This document shows positions 12,811 to 23,964 of a stretch of DNA of 30,823 bases, piece by piece (the first letter of the stretch is position 1; every line of letters begins with the position of its first letter). The notes beneath the pieces are model-generated. The model did no database searches. It was not told the DNA's origin and saw only the letters and a list, made by a program, of their open reading frames with translations. Source of the DNA: Chiloscyllium plagiosum (Eukaryota); assembly GCF_004010195.1 (NCBI RefSeq), contig NW_025215381.1, positions 598,710-629,532 on the forward strand, given 5' to 3'. The position numbers were made by a program, and so were the translations under genes.

Positions 12811-13520
12811 TGAGATAATCCAGGAAATTATAGGCCAGTAAGCCTTACATTGGTGGTAGGGAAATTATTGAAGATTCTTACGGACAGGATTTATTTGCAT
12901 TTGGAGAAGAATGGACTTATTACTAAGGACAATCAGCATAGCTTTTTACAGGGGAGATCTTATCTCAAACTTAGATAATTGTTCTGAGGAAGTGACAAAG
13001 ATGATTGATGAGGCTAAAGTAGTGGATGTTATCTACCTGGACTTTACTAAAGCATTTGACAAGGTCTCTCACAATAGGCTGGTACTGAAGACAAAATTGT
13101 AAGGAATCCATGATGAGCCAGCAAGTTGGATACAAAATTGGCTTGTCCAAACACAATAGAGACAGTATTACAGAGATGTTTTTCTGACTCAAGGTTTGTG
13201 GCATGGAAAAGTATGAGGTGATGCATTTTTGGAGGTCAAATGCAAGAAGGACATACTATAAATGACCAGACTCTACTGAGCACTGATGTGCAGAGGGATT
13301 TTGGGGTCCAAGTCCATGGCTGCCTGAAACTGGTGGTAAAGACAGCATAAAACACACTTGCATTCATCAGTTGGGGCATTGAGTGCAAGAGTTGGCAAGT
13401 AATGATGCAACTGTATAAAACTTTGGTCAGGCCATGTTTGACAGACTGTGCACAGTTCTGGTCACCACTCTATAGGAAGGGTGTGGAAGCTATGGTGAAG
13501 CTGCAGAAGAGGTTTACCAT
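12811..13520 (+). mobile_element. CR1 LINE RT fragment with internal deletions
   Basis: aatccaggaaattataggccagtaagc (NPGNYRPVS), VDVIYLDFTKAFDKVSH, QLYKTLVRP..CAQFWSPLYRK. Confidence 0.88.
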
Positions 13521-13599
13521 GACTAAAAGAAGCCAGATCCCAGATATTGCACCAACAAAACTGTTGCCTGTACTTTCAATCAGCTCTAATACAGACAGC

Positions 13600-14040
13600 T
13601 CAGTTTAGAGAGATATTGATAGGATAACATGTGGTCAAGAAGTTAGCAAATGGATTATACTGTGGAAAAATGTGAATTTGTTCATTCTGGGGGGGCACAC
13701 AAAAGAACAGCATTACTGAAATGGAGGAAAACTCCAGAAAGCTACAACAAAAAAGGGACTTGGGGTGTTCGTGCATGAAATACAAAAAGCTAGCACTAAA
13801 GTGCAGCAGGTAAAGGCAGCTAACAGATTGTTGGCCCTCATTTTAAGAGGATTGCATTATAGAATAGGGAAGTTTTACTGCAAATGTACAGGGTGCTGGT
13901 GAGACCACATGTGGAGTAGTATGAGCAGTTTTAGTTCTGTTAAAGCAAATGTATGTAATTTCATTGGAGACAGATCAGAGAAGATTCAGCAGGACAATGC
14001 CCAGTATGGAGGGACTATCTTTTGAGCAAAGGCTGAACAT
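13600..14040 (+). mobile_element. Older CR1 LINE RT C-terminus; continues at 14287-14333 and 15511-15645
   Basis: gggacttggggtg (RDLGV), tacagggtgctggtgagaccacat (YRVLVRPH); resumes agaagaatgagaggtgatcgcattgaa and then tcatataggattcttaaggagcttgac. Confidence 0.75.
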
Positions 14041-14042
14041 AT

Positions 14043-14286
14043 TCATAGACTTATAAAATCCCTACAGTATGGAAGCAGGCCATTTGGCCCATCAAGTCCA
14101 TACCAACTCTCCCAAGAGCAGCCCACCAGCATTTCCCATGGCTAATCCTACACATCCCTGGACACCACAGAGCAATTTAGTATGGCTAATTCATGAATAA
14201 CCTGCATATCTTTGGACTGTGGGTGGGAACCGGAGCACCCAGAGGAAACCTACGCCGACACAGAGAATGTGCAAACTCCACACAGT
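14043..14286 (-). mobile_element. HE1-type SINE, 5'-truncated
   Basis: Homologous to 5300-5525; lacks the tRNA-derived head. Confidence 0.85.
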
Positions 14287-14301
14287 CTAGATGTTGGGAA
14301 G

Positions 14302-14739
14302 TTAGAAGAATGAGAGGTGATCGCATTGAATCAGGTAATTATAGACCAGTGAGCCTTACTTCTGTTGTAGGAAAGATTTTGGAAAGGATTATGAGAGATA
14401 AGATTTATATTCATCTGGCAAGCAACAATTGGATTTCAGATAGTCAACATGGTTTCGTCAAGGGCAGGTCATGTCTCACAAACCTCAGTTTTTTGAGAAG
14501 GTGACCAAGCATGCAGATGATTAGAAGAATGAGAGGTGATCACATTGAATCAGGTAATTATAGACCAGTGAGCCTTACTTCTGTTGTAGGAAAGTTTTTG
14601 GAAAGGAATTTGAGAGATAAGATTTATAATCATCTGGCAAGCAACAATTGGATTTCAGATAGTCAACATGGTTTCGTCAAGGGCAGGTCATGTCTCACAA
14701 ACCTCAGTTTTTTGAGAAGGTGACCAAGCATGCAGATGA
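14302..14739. repeat. Tandem duplication, 2 x 219 bp
   Basis: 14302-14520 versus 14521-14739, five substitutions counted. Confidence 0.95.
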
Positions 14740-15510
14740 GGGTAGAGCAGTTGACATGGTATACTTGGACTTCAGTAGAGACTTTGGTAAGGTTCTACAT
14801 GGTAGGCTGATGGAGAAAATGCAGAGGCATGGAATTAAGGATGATTTAGCAGTTTGGATTAGAAACTGGCTTTCTGAAAGAAGGCAGCGAGTGGTGGAAT
14901 GCTGTTAAGAAGGCATACGGTATGTTAGGTTTCATTGATAGAAGGATTGAGTTCCGGAACCACAATATCATGCTGCAACAATAAAAAACCCTGGTGCAGC
15001 CACACTTGGAATATTGTGTACAGTTCTGGTCGTCCCATGACAAAGGATGTGGAAACTTTGGAAAAGGTGCAGAGGAGATTTATCAGGATGTTGCCTGGTC
15101 TGGATGGAAGGTCTTATGAGGAAAGGCTGAGAGACTTGGGACTGTTCTCATTGGAAAGAAGGCGGCTAAGGGGGGATTTGATATACAAGATGAGACATAC
15201 AAGATGATCAGAAGATTAGATAGGGTAGACAGAAAAAGTCTGTTTCCTAGGATGATGACGTCAGCTTGTACGAGGGGGTTTAACTACAAATTGAGGGGTG
15301 ATAGATTTAAGACAGATGTCAGAGGCAGGTTCTTTACGCATAGAGTGGTAAGGGCGTGGAATGCCCTGCCTGCCAGTGTAGTTAACTCAGTCACATTAGG
15401 GAGATTTAAACAATCCTTAGACAAGCACATGGATGATTTTGGGATAGTGTAGGGGGACGAGCGGAGAATAGTTCAAAGGTCGGCGCAACATCGAGGGCTG
15501 TATTGTTCTA
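14334..15510 (+). mobile_element. Younger 5'-truncated CR1 LINE with a 7-bp TSD
   Basis: GNYRPVSLTSVVGK, QHGFVKGRSCLTNL, VYLDFS, RVVRAWNALP, 3' tail ...tgtattgttcta; TGAATCA at 14327-14333 and 15511-15517. Confidence 0.9.
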
Positions 15511-15749
15511 TGAATCATATAGGATTCTTAAGGAGCTTGACAAGGTAAGTACTGACAGGATGTTTCCCCTCATGGGACCAGAGGGCACAGTCTCGGAATA
15601 AAAGCATGCCAATTTAAGACCAAGAAAAGGAGGATTTTCTCAAGAAGCCAAACAGTCTCTCTATTCCTAATTTTTCTGTTCTAATGCATTTTATCTTCAA
15701 GTATTTTAGTTTATTTATGACATATTATGAACTCGCCTCTTTGGGGAAG

Positions 15750-16170
15750 ACATGGTGCATTGGTGCTGAACCAGAAGCCTACGCTAAAGCTTGTCGGATA
15801 TTGTAGGAGAGGGTAAAATCGCAGAGCAGCTGGTAAAATTTAATTTCAATTAATAAAAATCTGAAATTGAAAGCTCATCTTCTTGTGGTTAGCACTGCTG
15901 CCAAATTAGTGCCAGGGATTGAGGTTCAATTCCACCCGCGGGTGACTGTCTGTGTAGAGTTTGCACATTCTCTTGCCTGCTTCCACACTCCTGGGATTCT
16001 ATGATGATTCTAATGGACGACTTGTGGTAAATATCCATCTGGTTAATGAATGCCCTTTACTGAAGGATATCAGCCATCCTCCCATGGTGTGATCTACATG
16101 TACCTCCAGGGCCACAGCAACACGGTGGGCCCTTAAGTGCCCTTTGTGGAGGGGAATTAAAAAAATGAGC
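15750..16170 (+). mobile_element. Old SINE (SlmI/Meta-like central domain) interrupted by an HE1 copy
   Basis: ccatctggttaatgaatgccctttactgaagga...gccatcct...tacatgtacctccag..ccacagcaa...cttaagtgccc resembles my recollection of the SlmI/Meta-type SINE body; not verified. Confidence 0.5.
15885..16012 (+). mobile_element. Internally deleted HE1-type SINE
   Basis: gtggttagcactgctgcc...ggttcaattcc...gtgtagagtttgcacattctc joined directly to the tail cctgcttccacact...gggattctatga. Confidence 0.75.
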
Positions 16171-16249
16171 TCCTATGAAACGGTTACATGGATCTCTTTC
16201 AGCAGAATAGAGTGTGCTGGCATTTCCAGTGGCGAGGGAAGAGATGGAG

Positions 16250-16597
16250 TCACAGAGTCATAGAGTCAGAGATGTACAGCATGGAAACAGACCCTGCAGT
16301 CCAACCTATCCATGTCGACCAAATATCCCAAACCAATCTAGTCCCACCTGCCAGCACCCGGCCCATATCCCTCCAAACCCTTCCTATTCATATACCCATC
16401 CAAATGCCTTTAAATGCCGCCATTTCACAGAGTCATAGAGTCAGATGTACAGCATGGAAACAGACCCTGCAGTCCAACCTATCCATGTCGACCAGATATC
16501 CCAAACCAATCTAGTCCCAACTGCCAGCACCCGGCCCATATCCCTCCAAACCCTTCCTATTCATATACCCATCCAAATGCCTTTAAATGCCGCCATT
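16250..16597. repeat. Tandem duplication, 175 + 173 bp
   Basis: 16250-16424 versus 16425-16597: one 2-bp indel and two substitutions. Confidence 0.93.
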
Positions 16598-16768
16598 GTA
16601 CCAGCCTCCACCACATAGAAGAATACAGCGCAGTACAGGCCCTTGGGCCCTCGATGTTGCGCCGATCCAAGCCCACCTAAACTACACTAACCGCCTGTTC
16701 AGCCTCTCCCTATCGCTCAAATCGTCCAACCCTGGCAACATCCTTGTCAATCTTTTCTGAACCCTTCA
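16250..16768 (-). mobile_element. HER1/CR1 3' end (duplicated) plus a short 3' tail of a second CR1 family at about 16614-16690
   Basis: Matches 668-802; 16614-16690 is the reverse complement of the tail type at 15450-15510. Confidence 0.85.
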
Positions 16769-18049
16769 CTTGCAAGCAACTTAATTTGCAACAATGTCAG
16801 AGAATACGGACTTCAGTCATCCAGATGGGTTATTTGGAGAACATTTCAATTCATGCAAGACCACAGTTAAAACAATAAATGGCACATAAAATGCTAATTC
16901 CACAAACAAGTCCAAACTAAACTTACTATAAAACTGACCATTCTGAAATGCCAACAGAAGCTTTCAGGATGCAGAACAGAAATAACCTTCATTGTGTCCA
17001 TCTTGTGAAGTTATGAAAGTGCCTGTCTCTTTGTGAAAAAATATCATTTGCTCTCGACCAAATGATGCATCATCTAAACATTTTTTAAAAATCCTCATGA
17101 TACTCAGAACCATTTCGAAGGATGACTGCAATAGAGTCATACATCTTCAATGAAAGCTATTATTTGTGTGTCACTCCACATGATCAAGCAGGTCTCACTC
17201 CAATGCAGAAGATCAAAGAATAATAGGACAAGGAAAAGTCTGGCGAATAACAGTTTATCAAATTCTTCATCTTAACCATGTCACATGAGTTTACATATAG
17301 AGAGAAGGAGCACAAAGTATCACATTTCCACACTTTGCAGAGGTCAAGGACGCATTGGCTAAGCCTGCTGACAATATCGCCAAGCCATTGACTGAAAGGG
17401 CTTGAGGGGATGTGACACTTAGAAAACCCATTTCATAAACTTAAGGCTTTCTTGTTGATAATTTTAGATTAGGTTGGCTGCAGAAAGAGGGAGTTAGTAC
17501 CATTAAATTGAGTATCAAGGCCAGTCTCTTCAGTTACTATGTTTTCTGACCATCAGAAAGATACTTCCAACTTTGGGAGCAGAATGAGTCATGAAATGCA
17601 AAATTCAAGCCAACCTGAATTACAATGCACTACTTCACCACTTCCTGATCAATGTCCCTTTTGATCACAAGTTGGAACACAGTATTGTGAGATTAATTGC
17701 AAAAGAGACAAAGAAACAAGGTTTGTGCAACACATTCTCCCAAACTAAAAGGTGTATTTCACCTAGTTAAACATTTCCAAAGCAGGTAAGGCAATCAATT
17801 AGGTCCACTGTTCAATTATTCAAAACATTGCTTATGAGATCTATGGCAAGCCTTTTATTGAAACATCCTGAAGTTAACAAAGCTACTGAAATTTTCCCTC
17901 AGTTTTATTTTAAATGACGCCATCACTTTTTAGTCCAATGGAGATTTATCTAAGAGAAAATGAGGTCTGCAGATGCTGGAGATCAGAGATGGAAATGTGT
18001 TGCTGGAGAAGCGCAGCAGGTCAGGCAGCATCTAGGGAACAGGAGAATC

Positions 18050-18077
18050 GACGTTTCGGGCATAAGCCCTTCTTCAG
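18050..18077 (-). ncRNA. Minimal hammerhead ribozyme motif
   Basis: CTGAAGA-A-GGGC-TTAT-GCCC-GAAA-CG-TC on the minus strand. Confidence 0.75.
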
Positions 18078-18086
18078 GAATGATTC

Positions 18087-18114
18087 CTGAAGAAGGGCTA
18101 ATGCCCGAAACATC
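18087..18114 (+). ncRNA. Minimal hammerhead ribozyme motif (CpG-mutated helix III palindrome)
   Basis: CTGAAGA-A-GGGC-TAAT-GCCC-GAAA-CA-TC on the plus strand. Confidence 0.7.
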
Positions 18115-19399
18115 GATTCTCCTGTTCCCTAGATGCTGCCTGACCTGCTGCGCTTCTCCAGCAACACATTTCCATCGGAGATTTATCTAATCCAATGGAT
18201 ACTAAAGGAATGGCACGAATAAAAAATTGCATCAGGAAAGCAAGTGGAATGAGCCACCATTTTATTCAACGAAGTAGGCATGACGGACAAGGAGCTTTCA
18301 AAGATATTGGTGAACAAAGTCGCAAACGCTTCGGGCCATTACCCCAGCAGTTGCATGGATGCTAAGACAGCACTCTGTTTATCTTCAGCTTGCTATATTT
18401 TTGTGAATACCTCTCATCAGGTTAGGACAACCTGTGCATGTGTGCACACTCTCAAACTCTGAATACAGGATTCTCTATAACTTTATTGTTAAAATAATTT
18501 AGATCCATCACTTGTCTTTCATAAACACCAACTGCCACAACTTAACATTCGAAACTCACATGAACACATGAGTCAGGAGCAGCTGGAGGCCCCTCAGGCC
18601 TGTTCTGCCATTCGATAGATCATGAAATGATAATTCTACATTTCTGCTTACCCCAAGAATTTGTTTTTTTTTAAACAGTAGTTTTGTATTCATGCCATGT
18701 CCACGATAAATTGCATTTTCGACAGAATTCTTCTCTCATCCTACCACTGTTCAAAATGTTAAAATTCTTTGCATCCTGTTCTTGCCACCATTCCCACCCC
18801 CACACAACTAACTGCACTCCCTCACAACTAGGCGCAGAACAGAAGCCTTTCCTCATCCTTAATTTGCTTTCTATGTGGTTCTGGAATTTTCTGTTTCAAG
18901 GTGTGAAATTAACAGCTCAATGCTTCTACGACCAGAGCAGGAGTGGGTCATGCACCCACTAAGCCTGTTCAGCCATTTCTGAAATTCATGGTCAATCTTT
19001 AATCAAAATTCTATTTTCCTGTCCAATCCTAACTTTCCTTTACTTCTCTTCAAAAATCTGTCCTTCTCTGCCTTGAATTACACAAAAACATTCTGAACCA
19101 AATTTCAAAGATTCATAATCCTGACTGAAAACATTCCTGTTTTAATTCAAAATGTCTCAGTCTCCTTATTCCATTCCCAAGCTCCCTTTTTAACAGTTAT
19201 TTGCCATTAATTTCTTTCATGTAGCAGATTATTAATTTGAAGTTTGCTCCGACAAAATCAAAAGCCTTATTAGTCTCTGTTATTAGTTATTTACTTGTTT
19301 GGTTTCAAGTGAATAGTAATAATTTAGAGCTATATAAAAAGAGCCCCCCATGTTACCTGGCCTACCACTGTCACCAATTAGGCAGAGATCTAACACTGC

Positions 19400-19546
19400 T
19401 TGCCATCTCCTGGGGTCCCTCAGTTGCCACCTGTTTCTGCATTAACCTGTCCAGACACGTTAGACACACCTCGGGGGCACACAGAACTTGAACTCTGATC
19501 TTCTTGCTGAGAGGCAAGGGACATAACTACTGCATCACAAGACCCT
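19400..19546 (-). mobile_element. Old tRNA-derived SINE head
   Basis: Minus strand gggtcttgtgatgcagtagtt (A-box-like) ... gagttcaagtt (B-box-like). Confidence 0.45.
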
Positions 19547-19559
19547 CTGCCATTTAAGA

Positions 19560-19790
19560 GGACTCAAGGTGAGGAGGAGGAATTTTGCATCTGTTGGAAT
19601 TATTCACCACAGGTTATTATGGCTGGGTTGTTAAGTACATTCAAGGCTCAGACAGACAGGTTTTTAATCTGTAAAGGAATCAAGGTTTCCAGCAAAAGAA
19701 AGGCAGGAAAGTTGTTTTGAGGATAATTAGATCAGCCATTATCTCACTGGGTGAATGGCTAACTTCTGCTCCTACATCTTGTCTTACAGT
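19560..19790 (+). mobile_element. Old CR1-like 3' end
   Basis: ttggaattattcacca...ttcaaggctcagacagacaggttttt...atcagccat...gaatggctaacttctgctcct. Confidence 0.6.
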
Positions 19791-20097
19791 CTTATAAACA
19801 CTCTCAAATGGTGTCCATTGTGCATTCCAGACAAATTCAGGTCTACTCTCAAAAGCAGCTGAGGTCTTTAATATTAACATCCCACCTTATTTCTGATACT
19901 CCTTGCGTTGAAGTATACGCACTTGAGCCCATCTATGTGTCCGCAAGTAGTCCCTGTCAGTGCTTTAATATTAACATTTGTAGCCTTCCAAAGTAGTTTA
20001 TCCACCTGTGTTCTTATCTAGTGCTAGCAACACTTTTCAACAATCAAACAGGGTTATAGACCTCATACTCACACTGAACAGTTTTTGGAACATAAGT

Positions 20098-20158
20098 CCA
20101 GACTGTGGTGCTTGAAAAGCCCAGCAGGTCAGGCAGCATCCAAGGAGAAGAAGAATCA
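20098..20158 (-). mobile_element. PLE pLTR tip truncated just before the hammerhead
   Basis: gtggtgcttgaaaagcccagcaggtcaggcagcatccaaggagaagaagaatc, homologous to 26655-26707. Confidence 0.7.
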
Positions 20159-22025
20159 AAATACATTAAGGACAAAAGGGTAACTAGGGAGAGAATAGGG
20201 CCCCTCAAAAGATCAACACAGCTGCCTTTATGTGGAGCAACAGGAGATGGGGGAGATACTAAACGAGTATTTTGCATCAGTATTTATTGTGGAAAAGGAC
20301 ATAGAAGATACAGAATGTAGGGAAATAGATGGTGACATCTTGCAAAATCTCCATATTACAGAGGAGGAAGTGCTGGACTTCTTGAACGCACTAAAGTGGA
20401 TAAATCCCCAGGACCTGATCAGGTGTACCCGAGAACTCTGTGGGAAGCTAGAGAAGTGATTGCTGGGCCTCTTGCCGAGATATTTGTAACATCGATAGTC
20501 ATAGGTGTGGTGCCGGAAGACTAGAGGTTGGCTAACATGGTACCACTGTTTAAGAAGGGCGGTAAGGACAAGCCAGGGAACTATAGACCAGTGAGCCTGA
20601 CATTGGTGGGGGCAGGTTGTTGGAGGGAATCCTGAGGGACAGGATATACATGTATTTGGAAAGGAGAGGACTGATTAGGGATAGTCAACATGGCTTTGTG
20701 CATGGGAAATCATGTCTCATAAACTTGATTGAGGTTTTTGAAGAAGTAACCAAGAGGATTGATGAGGGCAGCGTGGTTGATGTGATCTATATGGACTTCA
20801 GTAAGGCATTCGACAAGGTTCCCCATGGGAGACTGGTTACCAAGGTTAGATCTCACAGAACACAGAGAGAACTCGCCATTTCGATACAGAGCTGGCTCAA
20901 AGGTAGAAGACAGAGGGTGGTGGAGGGTTGTTTCTCAGACTGGAGGATTGTGACCAGTGGAGTGTCACAAGGATCGATGCTGGGCCCTCTACTTTTCGTC
21001 ATTTATATAAATGATTGGATGTGAGCATAAGAGGTACAGTTAGTAAGTTTGCAGATGACACCAAAATCTAAGAAGGTTACTCAGATTACAAGAGGATCTT
21101 GATCAGTTGGGCCAGATGGGCAGAGAAGTGGCAGATGGAGTTTAATTCCGATAAATGCGAAGCGCTGCATTTTGGAAAAGCAAATCTTAGCAAGGTAAGG
21201 TCCTAAGGAGTGTTGCTGAATAATGAGACCTTGGAGTGCAGATTCATAGCTTCATGAAAGTGGAGTCGCAGGTAGATAGGATAGTGAAGAAGGTGTTTAT
21301 TATGCTTTTCTTTACTGGCCAGAGTATTGAGTACAAGAGTTGGGAGGTCATGTTGTGGCCGTACAGGACATTGGTTAGGCCACTGTTGGAATATTGCGTG
21401 CAATTCTGGTCTCCTTCCTATCGGAAAGATGTTGTGAAAGTTATAAGGGTTCAGAAAAGATTTACAAGAGTGTTGCCAGGGTTGGAGGATTTGAACTATC
21501 GGGTGAGGCTGAACAGGCTGGGGCTGCTTTCCCCTGGTCTCCTTCCTATCGGAAAGACGTTGTAAAAGTTATAAGGGTTCAGAAAAGATTTACAAGGGTG
21601 TTGCCAGGGTTGGAGGATTTGAGCTATCGGGTGAGGCTGAACAGGCTGGGGCAGCTTTCCCTGGAGCGGAGGCTGAGGGGTGACCTTAAAGAGGTTTACA
21701 AAATCATGAGGGGCATGGAGAGGATAAATAGACAAAGTATTGTCCCTGGGGTAGGGGAGTCCAGAACAAGAGGGCAAAGGTTTAGGGTGAGAGGGGATAG
21801 ATATTAAACAGACCTAAGGGGCACCTTCTTCACACAGAGTGTGGTACATGTATGGAATAAATTGCCAGAGGAAGTGGTGAAGGTGCTTACAATTGCAAAA
21901 TTTAAAAGGCATCTGGATGAGTATATGAAGAGGAGAGGTTTGGAGGGTTAAGGGCTGGGTGCTGGCATGTGGGACGAGATTGGGTTGGGATATATGGACG
22001 GGTTGGAATGAAGGATCTGTTTCGC
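20159..22025 (+). mobile_element. HER1/CR1 LINE, 5'-truncated ORF2 with RT and 3' UTR
   Basis: EILNEYFASVF, QHGFVHGKSCLINL, VIYMDFSKAFDKVPH, SGVSQGSMLGPLLFVIYIND, KFADDTK near 21045, [18 protein letters not shown]; several frameshifts. Confidence 0.95.
21406..21661. repeat. Tandem duplication, 2 x 128 bp
   Basis: 21406-21533 versus 21534-21661, five substitutions; CTGG microhomology at the ends. Confidence 0.93.
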
Positions 22026-22424
22026 TCTCCACTACACGTCCAATTTTGATGTCATCTGCAAACTTACTAACTGCACCTCTTGTGCTCACATTTTGATTGT
22101 CCTAAGGCAAGTCGGCATAAGCAGGGAGGAAGTGTGGGTATTCTAAAAGGCATTAAGGTGGACAAGTTCCCAGGTCTGGAGTGGAAAGTGAGTAAAGTGA
22201 GAGAGGAAATACCTGGAGCCTTAACAGATATCTTTGTAGCATCCTTGAACGTGGGGAAGTCCCAGAGGACTGGAGAATTGCTAATGTTATCCACTTGTTT
22301 AAGAAGGATGGCAGGGATGATCCAGGTACTTATAGACCGGTGAGCCTGACATCAATGGTTGGGAAGCTGCTGGAGAAGATACTGAGGGATAGGATCTATT
22401 CCCATTTGGAAGAAAGTGGGAATA

Positions 22425-22870
22425 GAGGGGCCCCTCCCTCACCACCTGGAGGAAGAACACCTTATCGTCTACCTCAGAATCCTTCAACCTCAGGGCATCA
22501 ATGTGGACTTCACCAGTCTCATCATTTCCCCACACCTTACCTTAGTTCCAATCTTCCAGCTCAGCACCGTCCTCATGACCTGTCCCACCTGTCAATCTTC
22601 CTTCCCATCTATTCCGCTCCAACCTCCTCTGCAACCTATCACCATTACTCCCACCTCCATCCACCTACTGCACTCTCAGCTACCCTCTCTCCAGCTCCAC
22701 GCTCCCCCCACTTATCTCTCCATTCCAGTGGCTGCCAGCCTCATTCCTGATGAAGGATTCCGGCCCGAAATGTCAATTCTCCTGTTCCTCGGGTGCTGCC
22801 TGACCTGCTGTGCTTTTCCAGCAACACACTCTCGACTCCGATCTCCAACATCTGTAGACCTCATTTTCTT
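22425..22870 (+). mobile_element. Neptune-type PLE 3' end: GIY-YIG C-terminus plus pLTR with hammerhead
   Basis: LEEEHLIVYLRILQPQGINVDFTS, a pyrimidine-rich tract, CTGATGA-A-GGATTCCGGCCC-GAAA-TG-TC (22747-22774), then the pLTR tail; CR1 resumes at caacatggtttt. Confidence 0.85.
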
Positions 22871-23405
22871 CAACATGGTTTTGTGCAGGGAAGGTCAAGT
22901 CTTACCAATTTAATAGAATTCTTTGAGGAAGTAACAAAGTTGATTGATAAGGGAAGGGCTGTAGATGTCATATACATGGACTTCAGTAAGGCGTTTGATA
23001 AAGTTCCCCATGGTAGGCTGAAGGAAAACGTGAAGTCACATGGGGTCCAGGTGTACTAGCTAGATGGTTAGAGAACTGAGTGGACAACAAGAAACAGAGT
23101 CGGAGTGGAAGGAAGTTTCTCAAAATGGAGAACTGTGATCAGTTGGTTGCACAAGGATTAGTGTTGGGACCACAGTTGTTTGTGATGTACATAAATGAGC
23201 TGGAGGAAGGTACAGTTGGTCTAATTAGCACATTTTCAGGCAACACTAAGACTGGTGGTGGAGTAGCAGATAATGAAGGGGACTGTCAGCGAATGCAGCA
23301 GAATATAGATAGATTGGAGAGTTGGGCAGAGAAATGGCTAATGGAGCTCAATACAGGCAAATACGAGGTGATGCATTTTGGAAGATCCAATTCAAGAGCG
23401 ATCTA

Positions 23406-23565
23406 CAGAGGAACCTGAATTATCCAGCATTCCATTATCCGAATTTCAGATTATCCAGACAAGATCACAAGGTCCTGATGCTTGGCTAAACTGTGCTATC
23501 TGGCATTAGATTATCCGAACGAAACACTCCCCACCTGTGTTGTTCAGCTAACAGAGGTTCTTCTG
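23406..23565. mobile_element. Tc1/mariner (Tigger/pogo-like) MITE, 160 bp
   Basis: TA-CAGAGGAACCT...AGGTTCTTCTG-TA: terminal inverted repeats (10/11), TA duplication, internal ATTATCC repeats; removing it rejoins the CR1 sequence. Confidence 0.88.
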
Positions 23566-23964
23566 TATACAGGAAATGGAAAAACTCTGCGGAAAATTGA
23601 TGTACAGAGAGATCTGGGTGTTCAGGTCCACTGTACCCTGAAGGTGGCCACGCAGGTCAATAGAGTGGTCAACAAGGCGCACAGTATGCTTTCCTTCATT
23701 GGATGGGGTATTGAGTACAGAGTTAGCAGGTCATGTTACAGTTGTGCAGGACTTTGGTTTGGCCACATATTAAATACTGCGAACAGTTCTGGTTTCCACA
23801 TTACCAAAAGGATGTGGATGCTTTGGAGAGGGTACAGAGGAGGTTCACCAGGATGCTGCCTGGTATGGAGGGCTGTAGCTATCAAGAAAAGTTGAGTAGA
23901 TTAGGATTATTTTCATTAGAAGGACAGAGGTTGAGGGGGGACCTGATCGAGATCTACAAAATCA

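Larger units (their letters stand above)
17954..18176. mobile_element. Palindromic PLE pLTR mini-insertion with a 14-bp TSD
   Basis: GGAGATTTATCTAA at 17940-17953 and 18177-18190; inverted arms 17988-18081 and 18083-18176 with 92/94 identity. Confidence 0.92.

Noticed and set aside
17000..17450. Apparently unique sequence that might hide an exon or conserved element
   Set aside because: No recognisable protein motif or convincing splice pair; I did not find the next kinase exon (GRHVKTGQLAAIKVM) anywhere in the window.
17960..18190. 76-aa ORF across the palindrome
   Set aside because: Chance reading frame through non-coding pLTR sequence.
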